Origin: the human T2T-CHM13v2.0 reference genome, Homo sapiens
Assembly (NCBI RefSeq): GCF_009914755.1
Contig: NC_060940.1
Length of the DNA: 64,000 nt
Reading direction: 5' to 3' (one strand)
Part shown: in pieces, positions 35,947 through 50,540 of the stretch
Layout of the letters: each line of letters begins with the position of its first letter
Position numbering within the stretch: the stretch's first letter is position 1
The notes under the pieces: generated by a model
Databases searched by the model: none
Told to the model about the DNA's origin: nothing
What the model saw: only the letters and a program-made list of their open reading frames with translations
Program-made: the position numbers and the translations under genes

Positions 35947-36439
35947 TATCTTATTTATGTTTTGTATATAAGAAAGTAATCCTACTTACCTGAAGGGTTG
36001 TTTGAGATCATGAAATAAACACGTTTATTGAACTGAATCTGCAAAAATATTGAGGGATTATTATGTAACTAGCTCTATCTAGGGTGTGTTCTAAGCATCT
36101 AAAAACAATGAAGAAAAGAATGCTGCATTTGAAGTTTTTGAAGTTTAATGTGCATTACTTCACTAACCTTTAGTTTTTTTCATATTAAAAAACGACACTG
36201 TGAATTGTCCCAAAGAGGACTAGTGAGCATTAAAGAGATGGTACATTACATGCTACCTATCACATAGCAGGTGCTTCATTGATGCTAATCTCCTCTCCCT
36301 CTCCAGTATTAATAATATTAACTTCATATTAATATAGATTTTTTACTTCATATGTAATTTGTGTTTTTTTAGTCTACATTCCATGTATACACTAACATGT
36401 AACATGTTTATGGTCTTAGTTCTTGAGTTTCAGAAAACA

Positions 36440-37290
36440 ATGTCCAGTCTAATGATGTTAAATGTCATCCCATTGCCTACAGATTCAAGTTCAAAGCATT
36501 TATACTGGCATTTAAGATACACTATAACCCCAAAGTAAATTTTACAGCTCATTTATTAAAATTTTTTTCTTCAGAATACCTGGAATTCCTATTATGCCTT
36601 CAGCACATTCTATAACTCTCCAAAAGCCATACCTTTTACTGTGTCCTCCCCTCTACCTGAAATGCTTCTCATTGATGACATTTGTAATCTGGAATTTAGG
36701 ATTCAACACTAGGCAAGGCAACCTCTGTTCCTTTCTGAGTTTATTGGGAAACTGAAATAATTAAATAAGGAACTACAGTATAATGTCATGAAACCAGGAT
36801 AGGAGAAGTGAAGTCCCTGGGACTCAGAATGGAGCATCTAATGAAGGCTTCATGGAAACTGTATTTGATCTCTGATCTCAGGAAGGAAGAAGTAGTGGAG
36901 GATGGAGAGAAGAATGACAATAATCTGTGCAAAGAGTATAGAGTGTTTAAAGTCTTGTAGGCAAAAAGACAGTTTGACTTTTTCATGAAACTGAAAGAAA
37001 TTTATTCTGATTGGAGCATGGAGTTCGGAGGAGAAAAAGTGGCGTAGTCATAAGTGATGAAGCAGGGGAGCAAATGAACAGCTAGATCATAAAAGGCACA
37101 GTGAGAGAAATTAAGGACTCTGTATTTTAGGTCAATGAGGAGCTATTTTTTCTCTGACTGATTATCATACAACAAAGCCAGGGTCCTTCTTATTGAGGCT
37201 ACCACTAATTCATACTCTTTCTCCCAAACTTCTACTCTGTCTGATTTCTACATTACTCAATAAATACTTGCTGAATTGTGGTGTAATGTG
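36440..37290. mobile_element. L2 fragments in both orientations (+ ~36440-36690, - ~36740-37150, + tail ~37200-37290)
   Basis: cccattgcctacaga...ctggcatttaag; aaggcttcatggaaa...tctgattggagcatggag; actcaataaatacttgctgaat. Confidence 0.6.
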
Positions 37291-40200
37291 AATGAAGGGC
37301 AGACTTATTCCAAAAAGGAACAATCAACTCCATCTCCTTTAAGTCATTCACTTGTTTATCATTCTCCAAAGGCTTAGGTGAGAAAAAAAACTTGAAGTCA
37401 GCACATCCTCTCTACTGCAAGCAAAAAATGATCTTTTAAGAATTTGAATAGTGTTTTTTGAACTCGCTAAATATGTCAGTCTTCTCACTAAGGCAAAGCA
37501 GTTAAAAAGTTGGAACCATCAAACACTGCCAAGCAATAATTTGAGTTCTCTCTGTTCACTTTTCAATTAAAATTTCAATTTAATAAATGGAAACACATTA
37601 TCTGATTTTCAAATAAAAGAAATCAATAAATCTCTATGATACGGATAACCAGTGAGTCAACTCTGAGAAAATGGTTTGTATAAATTGGCTAATATCTAAA
37701 TAGGGCTCCAATAATATTTTTAATGGAAAGATGAACCTAAACAAACAAAAACGTAGATAAGAGATAAAATGTAATTTCACTCTTCTCAGAAAAAAGGGAA
37801 AAATAATAAACCAAATTAAAAAAGGATATGATTGAGGGTTTGTGTTAGAATTAATAAAAGGAAAACACCAATATCCAAAGTTGTATATGCCATCATAAAC
37901 TTCTTTATATCTGTGGTACTTAGATTTTATTTGCTCTCTATGCCTGCATTCTTCCTAAGGTATTTTCCCTGAGTTCAGTTGCATTGGAAAGTAAGATTAT
38001 ATTGCTATTGAGTTCATTTTCCTAGTATATAATACCAAACTGGGTTGCAATATCTGACAGATTTATGACTATTTGCTGAGACGTATTTTATAAAATGGCA
38101 GAATAGAAGGCATTTTTTTTCAATCTGCTCTTTGTAGCAAACCTTCACAGAAAAAAAAGACAGTTTTTAAGAAGGAAGAGATTACAATTTTTTCAAAGTC
38201 TTTTTTGTCTGTAGCAAAGGATATTTCTGAATAATATGTTGTAAAATAACATATTACAGATGAAACACACAATTCATTGCTTATCCTATAGAGAAAGACA
38301 CCTTCCTGTCTCTGCTAAATGTGTGAGTTCATGGGTATATAAAAATAGAATGCACTTGACAATGAAAGTTACAGGCTGATGGATGACACCCCATTGTCAA
38401 ACAATTGATAGCTAGTGAGGAATTATAGTGACCTTGTAGTGCAGCACAAATAATTCAGCAGCCCCTGAAGTATGCTAAGCAGACTAGCTTCTCTCTTAGG
38501 GGTGCCTGGGTCACTTAAGTAGGGGAAATATATATCTTTAATTTCCTTTAGAAACATTGTAATCACCTCTAGGCAAGTAAGAGAGTGGGTAATTTCAAGG
38601 CAATTCCTTAGGATGCCTTTTAAAACATTATTTCATCAGCAATGGTTAGGTATAGCCCAGATCACCCTAGGAAATTGGTCAGAAAGACACTGGAATAGAA
38701 CTACACGTATTTAAATGTTATCTTCCTAATCAAAAAACAGTGGTACATAATAGATTATATCAGCTATGATCTCAGCCAGACTTGAGAACAAAGATGGGTT
38801 TACCACTTGCTAGCTGAAGGTGCTTAGGCACACTTCAGTTTTCTCATTGATAAGGGAATAAAAGGCATCTTTCAAAGATTTATTGCAAGGATTGGACATC
38901 ATAATGTGTATGTGGGACCACTCCCACATACACTCCCACATTAGAGGTAAGATAACTTATCTCATAGCACTGACAAATACTCAGGAGGTGGAGCCACCAG
39001 GAATCTGCAGCAAAAAAGTGTAGGGACCACATGGGAAAGAGCCATCTAGAATCATTAAAAGACACATGGCTTTGTTATTTGTTGCTACCCTTAAAAATGT
39101 TTTATATAAAATGAAAGGAGTATTTTTAACTCTTTTGAACATTTTGGGTGAAGACTCTTCTTTGGTAAATGCTGAATTTGGAGATGGATTTAATGCATAT
39201 ATGTGATTATTATTTAGGAGAAGAAAGTAAGGGATAGGAAGAAAAAGATGTGGGTCATCAGCTTCTACATGGGAAAGAAAACCATAGGTGTCCTTAAAAT
39301 CATTCTGAGTGAGAGAGGAGATGCTATGAGAGGTAAGCTGAGCCAGAGGTCATTAAAGGGAATGAACTATGCCTGAAAGCAGATGATTTTGTACATGAAG
39401 ATCCCAGGTTCTCACTGGTGCTCAGTAGACTTTTGGCTATCTCCTTTTAAGCAGAAGTCACTGAGAGACATGTAGATATTATCACATGGATACCCAGGGA
39501 ATACAAGATGAGAGGCATCAAGCTGTCCTTCATACTCACAGGCAAAGCAAACCACTGGTGGGGAATGAGTAGGGCACCTACAATGGAACAGATTATTAGA
39601 AAAAAACTCCATTTTGACCAGATATAATTTGTGCCTAAAAATCAGCTATTCCAGAAATGCACTGAGAATTATATTTTTTGAGTGTTCAGTTGGACATTGG
39701 ATTGTGAGTTTTACATTCTCAAGAGGCTCACCTTCTAGAAGTTCTCACCACAATAAACTGTGTAATTGGAAAGGATTGATCACACCAATTCAGAGAGGAA
39801 AAGTGCAGACCAGGTTGGAGCTCAATGTTGAAAATTTTGGGGCCTTCAGGCCAGTTTGGCCCACATGAGTTATGACATGGAGGCGGAAGAAAACTCTTTT
39901 AGTCCTAGTCATTCATTCTATTTAATGGAAGACATTTACTAAGCATGTAAAATACGGTAAGAACTCTGCCGGCTCTGAAAATATAGAGTCTGATAAGGTT
40001 TTTTTTTAAAAGATAAAGGAATGTGAAACAACAACAACAAAATTCTTAAGGAGTATGTAAGAGAATCTCAGGGGATTCCTACAAACATAACAATTTTTAT
40101 CTTTTTAAAGGCTGTTACACAATCCGTCTGAATGTGTCTGAGTACCAGTCAGCTCTGTAAGACCTACGAGATTTCTATTATTCTCTGATGCCCCCTCATT

Positions 40201-41496
40201 TAGCAAATGGTGTGTACAATGTATACTTTCAATAAAACTAAACAAAGATCAACACATACTCTGGCAGCAACCCTACCACCAACAAACTTGAAAGGCAAAA
40301 GGCAGTTTGCCATAAAGATGTTTGCTGAAAAAAATAAATCCCATTGACATCTCAAAAGTACTCTTCAGAGAAAATAGTTTACATGCCTGCTTTTTTTTTT
40401 TTCTAAGTAGTTTGCCATCTCTTTCACAGACAAAATGATACTTTATTTTTCTTTTTTCCCAGGTAAAATTTTTTCAAGAATTCTGCCAAATCCTTTGCAA
40501 CCACAAGCACAGTGATTGTTCAGTCGATGGTGGCACATTTCTTTTAATTTCATTGTAATCAGAAATACATGTTTTACTGAAAAAGCAGTAACTAGGAGCA
40601 CAAAAACGTCTGCTAACTAATATAATAATTATTATAATAGCACTTGTGGAGCACTTAGATAGCCCTGGACCTTTGTTCTGTGTTGTTTGTGCAGTGTCCT
40701 TGGTTGGTTGTTTTAGGGTTGGAAAGAGATTTAATTATTATCTCTATTTCATAGAGATGGAGGAGACTAAAAATGAATACATGACTTTCCCATAAACCTT
40801 GACCTTTCAAATAAGGAGTCTTGAACTCTCTTTAGTATCAAATCTCTTTTTCATTACACTATAGCAAATCCCACTTAGAAATAAACTTACTTAGTAAATT
40901 TCATAATTTTTATCAGACGATTTTTATTGATGGCATACACCTTTTTTGGCTGCCTATTTTGAAAGGTTAGTATTGACTGGAATGCTTTTTTTTTTATAGA
41001 AATGTCTTTCAAATATTTCCATTTTGTTGTGCCAAATATTATTTTCAGAGTTTGTGGTTTACAAAGAATAAGTAAGTATCCCAGGGGTTTGGGTAACACC
41101 ATTATTTTCTCGTGTATAAAAAGGAGGTAAGACTAGGATCCATTTCTTGTGGCTGTACCTGGGATTAAGTGAATTGACAAATATGAAGCCTTTAGCACAG
41201 TGCCAGGGACACAGTATATGCCCAACAATGTTGGGTTTGTTATTTTTTAATGCAACAGGAGATAAAAGGAGTAGATAAGTAACCTAATTAATATCAAACA
41301 ATTACTTGGCTATATGGTCACAGATTATTTAATGAGTGTTTACTGCAAGTTGTCCTGTCTCATACTCATAGCAACCAATTTGGGTAGAAATGTAGTTCTA
41401 TTTGGTTAGAAGTTGAGGATCCATTTAGGTTAACCCCAAATCCCATGGCTAGTGTCTGCCAGAGCGGGTGTATGAATTTCAATTCTGCAAACATAT

Positions 41497-42030
41497 CAAT
41501 TAGTATACATTTTGTATCAAATAATAAAAATCCAAATCAATGGGCTTAAACCATCAGGAAATGTATCAGCAGTACACATCACTGGAATTCTGGAGGTAGG
41601 CCAGTTTCTGCTTTTCACCTAAGCTAGGTGTTGTGACTCCATTTATTCATTTATCCATTTATCTACACATTTCCCATCTTGCCTGTCTTTTTGGTATCAG
41701 CATCATGTTCCATCAGAAAGTTGTGTACTCAAGAATTTCAAGGCTTCATCTGGATGTGACAATATGCAAAGGAGAGAACATGCTTCTCCCAGCCTTTCAA
41801 GCAATAGTTCACCAAAATTCAATTTATTGATCACTTGTCAGTCCCTGTACAATGATTTTATCTAGGAAAATGAAATTTTCTGATAGGCTTAGGACTTATA
41901 ATGTACATATCCACACACACACAGAAGCAAGTAGATGAAAATCATAAGATATTAAAATGTTAATTTTCTGAGAAAATATATTTCATTTCCTTCTAAAATG
42001 GGTTTTAAACAGTAAGCAACCAAACTAGTT
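41497..42030 (-). mobile_element. Old MaLR LTR (MLT1K/L-like)
   Basis: aaaatccaaatcaatgggcttaaac...ttctggaggtagg...tgataggcttagg. Confidence 0.55.
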
Positions 42031-43759
42031 TATTCAATGCTTATTCTATTATCCTCTGTGAGTCCTTGGTCCAGATTCTTGCGTTAGAAAAGTAAAACAG
42101 GGAGACAGGTCATTCACAGGACATTCACCGAGTGAACACAATTTTTTAGCTAGCTTGACTTTGCCCCCATAGCTTACCGATTGCATGACTTTAGTGAAAT
42201 GGCTTAACATCTTTGAGCCTCTGTTTCTTCATCCATAAAATAGGTTTCTGTGAGGATTGATTCAGACAATCAAGCTGCTTGACAAATTTGCATTGTTGTC
42301 AGGGAGCCGAAGTAAAACTCAGGTAGAGAGAAGGCTGTGAAATCTGTTGGACTGGGATCACATCTAGGCTTGCACATATTCCTAAGCTTCTGTGCAATCT
42401 AAAAACAAAACAAAACTAAACTAAACTAAAAAAAATACACAAACAAAAGCAGCATCACATTTGTTGTGAAGATACAATAAGATAATACACAAAAAGTATT
42501 TAGTCCATTGTGTCTCTCAGAGTAAGCAGTCCATGGATATTTTTGTTATTAATATTACTACAGAAGTGCAATTTCTTTCATCAAAGAGTTTACTCTCCAG
42601 TAGGAAAAAGATAGAAGAGTAACAAATAAAATATATTACAAGGATTTTATAGGCATGAAATTGTGTAATTTTGCAAGTCCACAAGAAGTAGCATTGTCTC
42701 CTTGAGGGGTCAGACACTTCACAGAAGAGGTGAAAATAAGTTGAGCACGTATTTGTTGCAAGGTATTTCTTACATGCAGAAACATGCAGGAACCCTTGGG
42801 GGTGTGGGGAAACAATACCCTTAAGTTAGACAACTCATAGCACGGATGAGAACACCGGCTTTCATGGCAAGTCTGCACCATCTTATCCAAAGCAAAGATG
42901 TTCTGATGCAGACCTAGCTGAGAAAGAAAAAGTGACAGAGAAAACAGATTTCCTCCTTATAATGTGTCAGGGAACTTGGAGTAGATTAAATCCCTGTAGG
43001 AAGGCAATAGAGAGGAGCGGCAGCTACTTTGACAGAGCTGAAATAGAGCCAGGAGCCCATTACTTTAATACTCAGGGAAACCAGACTGATCGGCATCAAA
43101 GCCATTCAGGAAAGGTGCGTAGATTGATGACATGGTCCCAGGTGACATTTTAGAGCAACAGCAGGCTTTCAATCCTGGGCACACTTCCAACTGACACCCA
43201 AATTATCTTCAGATGCTACAAATTCCTTAAGTTCCTACCAATGTATATAGTGACAAAAGGTAGCTACACAATAGGCACTCTGTCCTACTTGTTTACTAAC
43301 TTATTTTGTAAACATAACCCAAGATTTGTTGTTAATTTATGTTGGGATTTGAGGACTGGAATATTATGTGTTTGATGTAGTACAATATTTGCTAGGCAAA
43401 TTTATAAGCTGGCTCCAGATTACCTGGCTTCCATTCTATCCTTTCTTTTCCACTCATCTCAACAGTAATAGAATAGACAAAGATGCAGGAAATTTCATCT
43501 AAAAGGACAAAAATCTTAGAGCCAAGGAAGTGAGGTGGAATTTGAGTAACAGTAAAGATGGACAATATCCAGACACCTATGTGAAGCGTTAGCAAGAAAG
43601 CTGATGCTGTGCTCTGAAGTTTCAAAATGTAACCATCACGATCACAAAAAGGCTGCCATTAGCAAACAGAAGAGGCCTTGGCTGAGATGGAAGATTGCCC
43701 ATCCCACCCCATTCATATTCCAGGAAAATAGAAGCCCGCTCAAAGTAGTTAGAAATTTA

Positions 43760-44060
43760 TTGGAAGAATATAATTTTTCAAAATACAAACGTGCCAGTGC
43801 CATTCCCTGTTTAAATTACTAGTGACTGCAATGGCCTTCAGGATGAAAATCTATATTCTTTAGCAAGACATATAAATCTTTTCAACATGTTCTTCTCATC
43901 TGTTTTCTTAGGAGCACTCTGCTCACCCCTCAGCGCACACACACACTGCATCCTCTGCTCCAGTCATGCTGAAGTATTTACAGTTCTCAGAAGAATCATG
44001 TGGTTTTACACTTCCCTAACCTTGAACATGCTGCCCTATTACCTAAGTTACTCCTGGGCC
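43760..44060 (+). mobile_element. L2 fragment
   Basis: ccctgtttaaa...gccttcaggatgaaaatc...ctctgctccagtcatgctgaa. Confidence 0.65.
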
Positions 44061-47000
44061 GCAATAGTTCTCTTGGAATATTGCTGTGTTTTTGGAGAAA
44101 AATTGTAATTCATGTTTGTGTGACCTTAACAGAACAGTGAATAAACTCTAAGTTTTTTTCCACTAATCACAACTCACTTCCTCTTTATGATAATATATTT
44201 ATGTTCATGCTTTGTCTAGGCAAAGAATAGGCAGGTGGAGAAGAGAAATTATATTCCAGGTGCAGTAGCATGTTCAAGGTTAGGGAAGTGTAAAACCACA
44301 GCATGATTCAATATACTTAATTCAAGCATTTTCAAGGCACAGTTTGAAATCAATTATACATTAGATACTTTTATCAGGTGCTAAGGTTTTCCAATAATAT
44401 TCTAATTCATAGCAGCTCATGATGAAGATTATGAAAAGGCACCCTTAAGCTGTGCTTAGGGCTAAATTATATTGCTTGTTATTATAGAATCAACACCTAA
44501 ATATAACCCAAATAGAGATGATATTGTTTATTCTAAAGATGAACAAGAAAGACATCATTTGGAAATATTTTTTAAGTTCAGATTCAAGTTTAACAATTTT
44601 TGCCTTGCATTCAGCTGGTTTGAAACACGAAAAAAATGCCCACTTTTGATTTTATCTGACAAAACTAGAGAAGAAAGTTTTCTATACACACTACAAAGGA
44701 CAGATACTGTATTTAATACAGGAAAAAAATATGCTGAAGCAGTGCTCATTAACAAATACGTCATTTTTTTCCATTTTTGACCTTATGATTTTTGTCTGTA
44801 ATGCCAATTGTTCTTTCAAATAAAGGATCCTCAAAATGTGGAGTCAAATCTGTGGGTATTAATGCAAAATAATTCACTGAAACTTTTCTGAATAATCGAT
44901 ATTATACCCTCATTATTCTGAATTTCTTTATTGCCTTGCATTTCTGCTCTTTCAATCACAAGTTGTGCTTTAAAAATATATATGTATATCGTTTGGGGAT
45001 AATGAGAAAACTTTGCTCCTACCAGCTGGACTGAAAATTTTAAAAACACAGATAGAAAAGTTTATTACTCAGTTCATAAAAACCTCTCTAATGAGACAGA
45101 TGAAAATATGAATTGCTTCTAATGAGCTCAGAATTGCATATACTTCCCTTGGTTTAATTTTCTAAGTGTTCATAGATATTTGTTGTTGTGCTTATTATGA
45201 AACAAGAAGTGGCCACTAGGCTGTGATAAACCAATTTGTGAGATTAAAGTGCTGAACTTGAACAGTTTCATTAAATTCTAAGTCATGAGTTGAAATTGGA
45301 ATTTTAAAAGCCTCTTTTTCTTATTTACACAAGACCCATAGCATTTATGCAGGCAGAAAGTAGTGCCAATTAATGCTGACTCTGTTGATGAGGTCTAGAA
45401 GAGCTCCTTAAAAATGTTGTCTTTTTACCCTATCTCCCCTACATCTTTACACGCACCCTTGCCCCTAAAAATGCAAAGCTTGAGCTTTAATGACATTAAA
45501 TCTCAACACCCCATAATACTCCAAGCTTATTTCCTGACTAGTACTCATTTACACGTTTAAAAATAAGTTCTTATATGCCTTATTTAATATGTTACACCTG
45601 GGAACTACAGAAAACCAGTTTATCAATTGAAGGGGAATTGATTGTTACAATGTGCTATTTCTTATATAAAGATGAACAGAATTACAGTAACTATTATTTG
45701 TATGCAAACAACAGCATCTAGCTAATTAGCGATGCTACTTAGAAATTATGGGTTTCTCAAAAAACTGCAGGGTGTAATAACATAGAATAAAAGATCATTA
45801 GCTTTCAGTAATGAAGTTCAAGGAAAATGAGCACCGCCTTTCTTTATCCTGCTGAAGCCAAATTAAAATATCTAATCTGAATATAAGCATATACCATTTA
45901 ATGTATTTTAAATGTAATGTAAATTTCGGTACATATTGAAACACATGAATATATTTAAATTTCTATCAAGCATCATCAAAATATCTTGGCATTCTTAATT
46001 TCATCTATTCCCATACTTACAATAGGTGGCCACCAGAATGTTAAGGGGACAATTATTCATATGACTAGAAATATTGAACTGTCTTGACATACTATTTATC
46101 ATTACTCCTATAGGCCTGTCTTATTACTATTCTTTTTACATATATAATTTTACATATGTTTATGTATGTGTAATATCTATATGTATATGTGTGTGTATAA
46201 CTTGCGTATATCAGCGACAGCCTCTCCATAGGAAAAAAGGAACATTGATTTGGGGCCTTTCTGTATGATTTTGAAGTCTGTTCTCTTCCATAATCGTTTT
46301 TCAGACAAAAAAAAATCTTAAAAGTATTACATGCCAATAGTTTGTGACACAACTGTCAATATTTACGTGATGTGGGTTTTGCTGTGTTTGTTGTTCTTTA
46401 ACCCCAATGCTAACATACATTAGGTGTGTAACCCTGGGTCACATGAATTAATTTCAATATGGCTCAGTTTTCTCACCTCCAAGATGAGCTTCCTACAGCA
46501 CAAAAATGAAGTGAGGATATAATTAAATGGGGAAATCAGAGTAATTAGTACAGAGCCTAAAAAGTTATAGGCATGAGATAAATGTTCATCATCATCTGTT
46601 TCCTTCCTTAACCATGATGACGTCTCACTCCTGCTTCACATTGTTGGCAAAAGTAATTTGTCCTTCAGTAGTGAGTACAGTTAAAAAGCCTCTAGTGTGT
46701 TCTAATGTATTGCACACTGCTAATTTTTCACAAAAATTTAAAATAAGAATTATCCTTAGGAACCTGGGCAACCCAAAGAAAGACCATGGTGTTATTATTT
46801 TAACATTATTTTGTATTTCAAAGGCATATAGTGGTATTTGGGTCCCCAACTATCCTTTAAATACACACCACAACATGTATTTTTGGAAAATGGTTCCAGA
46901 GGAGACACAAAGGGTTTAGAATGGCAAATGCACTCTCCGGGCAGTAGGCCACAACATTATGCCCAGCGCAAAATATCTGTGTGCCCTCCCTCCAGCTTCT

Positions 47001-48461
47001 GCCAGTGTTGCTAAGTCAAAGGCCCTTCACGTAATTTCGACACTTGAGGAATTACATTCGCACCTGGAGACCCACTAATAAGCAGGATAAAACACCAGAA
47101 AACGTATTTCCAAAGTCGACTGCAACACTCCATCAGGTTATGTTATAATAAGCTCCTGCTATCAGAACTGCTGCAATGGGAAAACACTTTCAGAGGGAAA
47201 ATTTGGATGGCCTAGAGTGGCTTTCATGTGTGTGTGTGTATATGTGTGTATGAAAATATATAGATACATATATACAGATTCATGTATATGAAGACTAGAC
47301 AACTTAAGAAAAACGAGAAGAAAAATAAAACACAGATATTGTGCCTGAAATTATAATAACTGGAAACTGTAATGTAAAAACAGTTGTTTTTTTCCAATAA
47401 GCTTATAGAAAGCACACAGTCATTTTAGCTGAGAAAAAAATGACCCTTACAACATTAACCTATACGTCCATCTGTGGAGCCAAGTAGAGGTTTCATTAAC
47501 GCAAAGGAATGGGCTGGAGGAGACAAGCAGAAATAGGCCATAGATTTGTACTCTTCTTCAATTTGCTTTTACATAGTTTGTTGTAATCTAAGAAACTGTT
47601 CCTCCTCCCAGAAGAAAATTTCTATATTCAACTTTCTTTCATTTTTTTTCTTTTTGTAATAATATCTTACTTGGGATTTCAATTAACCAATAGATTTCTG
47701 CCTCTTGCGCTAAATACTACATAAGCATGGCCTTTAATATTTTTGTAATTGAAGACTGTTAGCAGAACAATTAGCATGTAAAGCTAGAATGACCTTAGCT
47801 CTGTGCATCACTGTGATTAGTTTGGACTCTAATATCAGGTATATCACCAAACTGCCTTAGATACCAAGATAAAAAGCTTCTAGCTCTAGCCCAAAGAACA
47901 TTGGGTAATAGTGTGATACTTGGGCAGTGAAACATAAAGGACAAACTAGTGTGATTATGTTTGATTTGTGTTGACTGAGAAACTGGGAAAAGTCCCTCAG
48001 ACCTGAGAGTACCAGCAAATGAGGACAGAAATGGCCTGTCGGGTTTGTCTCCTTTGTAACTGCTGTACTATTTAAAAAACCTCATTTCAGCACAGTCTTT
48101 CTCCCCAGTGACATTTTCTTAAATTTTATCAGTTACAGGACTCATTTATTAGCAATGGCAACAAAATAGAATGCAACGAAAGAAATATTTGCTTTTGTTA
48201 TTAAATAGGCTATTGTTGGCTTTAATTTAAAACATACATCATGAGGTTCCTAAGTTTTGCCAGGCCCTCTGCTTGTCGCTGGGAATACAAAGATGAAAAA
48301 TATCTTCTGACTTTTGTATGTGGACCACACTGAATCAGAATACACCATAAACAGCCCATGCATTTGAACCTACATGACATATTATCTACACACAATAGTA
48401 CGCGTTTCATGCTTTTGCAGGATTTCAAATCATATATTAAATCTTTTATAAAATCTCACAT

Positions 48462-48760
48462 TTAGGAGAGTGAAACTGCTCTGTGTGATACAGTAGTGGC
48501 TACATATATTATAAATTTGTCCAAACCCACAGAATGTACTTCAGGAGTGAACCTTACTGTAAACTGGGGGCTTTGGATGATGATAAGTGCCCATGTAGCC
48601 TCATCAATGGTAACAATTGTACCACTCTTGTGGGGGTGTTGGTGATGAGGGAGGCTGTACATGTTGGGGGAGGAGGGGCACATGGAGCATCTCTGTACAT
48701 TTCTCTCATGCTGTGAACCTAAAACTTCTCTAAGAAGTAAAATTCAGTTTTAAAAAAATA
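48462..48760 (+). mobile_element. L1MC-type 3'UTR fragment
   Basis: gtgaaactgctctgtgtgatac...tttgtccaaacccacagaatgtac...gctgtgaacctaaaacttctctaa. Confidence 0.85.
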
Positions 48761-49631
48761 TATAAATGCTATAATCTGTACGTTTCTAGGTCTGCTTGCA
48801 ATATGCTTTGAGATTTAACCATTTCAATACGTGTCTCATTTGTGTTAACTCCTATGTATGTGTTTACTGTTTGCCTCTTTATAAATATTTACTTTTTTGT
48901 TATTACTCATAATGTGGAGGTGAACACTGTGCATACCTTCTTGGGGACAATTCAAAGAGTGTCTTTAGAAGTAAAATTCTTGGATAATAACTAAGTTTTC
49001 TTCAGCTTTACTAGATATGACTCAATTGTTCTAAAAATTGGTTATAAAATTTTTCACTCCCACTGATAGCGTATAAGCACTTTACTTGCCCAAACATAAT
49101 TATTAAGATTCTTAAATTTTGCCAATATCAGGGTATGAGTGATGTCTCTGCTTTAATTTATATTTACCTGAATACAATGGGACGTCTTTTCATATATTAA
49201 TTGGCCGTCCTTGTTTCTGTTTCTCTGACTTGCCTGTCAACACCTTTGTCCATTTTTCCTACTGGGTTTGTCTTTATGTTGTTATTTGTAGGGTTTCTAT
49301 TTACATATTTTAAAATTCTGGATGTCAGTTTTTTTTCTTGGATTTTTTTTGTGTTGTAAATATTTTCTCCCAGTCTATAGTTTTGTAAGTTTTCCACTTG
49401 TGAATTACTGTGTTAATCACAATGTTTTTAATATTTTAAATTGTCTTAATATTTTCTCACGACTTCTCTACTTTGATTACTTGTTTCTCATTTTTTTCAA
49501 AAGTGATAAAGTTTTGCTTTTGCACTTGCTTTTTAATTTAACTAGAAGTGTTTTTGTTTGTGGTGTGAGGTAGAGATCTCGGTTCCTTTCTGTTTGTCAT
49601 ATAAGTGCCTACACATGTATGGGTGTCTTTC

Positions 49632-49939
49632 TTTTCTTTTCTTTTTTTTTTTTTTGAGATGGAGTCTCGCTCTTTCACCCAGGCTGGAGTGCAGTGGCGC
49701 GATCTCGGCTCACTGCAGTCTCCGCCCCCCGGGGTTCACGCCATTCTCCTGCCTCGGCCTCCCGCGTAGCTGGGACTACAGGCGCCCGCCACCTCGCCCG
49801 GCTAATTTTTTTTGTATTTTTAGTAGAGACGGGGTTTCACCGTGTTAGCCAGGATGGTCTCGATCTCCTGGCCTCATGATCCGCCCGCCTTGGCCTCCCA
49901 AAGTGCTGGGATTACAGGCGTGAGCCACCGTGCCCGGCC
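49632..49939 (-). mobile_element. AluY
   Basis: Diagnostics ggttcacgccattctc, gggactacaggcgcccgcc, ccgtgttagccaggatggtctcgatctcc; perfect 17-bp TSD atgtatgggtgtctttc (49615-49631, 49940-49956). Confidence 0.97.
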
Positions 49940-50168
49940 ATGTATGGGTGTCTTTCAAATGGCCAGTTCCCTTCCGCTAATATCTTTTTCTAACCCTACT
50001 CTAAATACCAAACTCTGTTGCTTTAATGATGCTTGATATCGGATATGGTGAGTCTCTCATCTAATTCTTCTTCAGGATTATTCCGACTCCTCTTGCACTG
50101 TGCAATTCTCCGTAATTGTTTTACATATATTCTATTAAATTCATTCATACTTAATTGTTGTGTTCCCC

Positions 50169-50540
50169 ACACCATGGAATACTATGCAGTCATAAAAAAG
50201 GATGAGTTCATGTCCTTTGTAGGGACATGGATGGAGCTGGAAACCATCATTCTCAGCAAACTATCACAAGGACAGAAAACCAAACACCACATGTTCTCAC
50301 TCATAGGTGGGAATTGAACAATGAGAACACTTGAACACAGGGTGGGGAACACCACATACGGGACCTGCCGTGGGGTGGGGGGAGGGGGGAGGGATAGCAT
50401 TAGGAAATATACCTAATGTAAATGAGGAGTTAATGGGTGCAGCACACCAACATGGCACATGTATACATATGTAACAAACCTGCACGTTGTGCACATGTAC
50501 CCTAGAACTTAAAGTATAATAAAAATAAAAAAAGAAAATA
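50169..50540 (+). mobile_element. 5'-truncated L1PA (PA4/PA5-like) 3' end
   Basis: acaccatggaatactatgcag...catgttctcactcataggtgggaattgaac...gtaccctagaacttaaagtataat plus A-tail; G-rich tract in the 3'UTR. Confidence 0.95.

Noticed and set aside
38226-38260. AT-rich imperfect hairpin
   Set aside because: 9-bp arms are expected by chance at this composition
42290-42450. Apparent poly(A)-tailed retrocopy before the (AAAC/AAACT)n run
   Set aside because: Better explained as a decayed MIR with an internal A-rich microsatellite; no TSD
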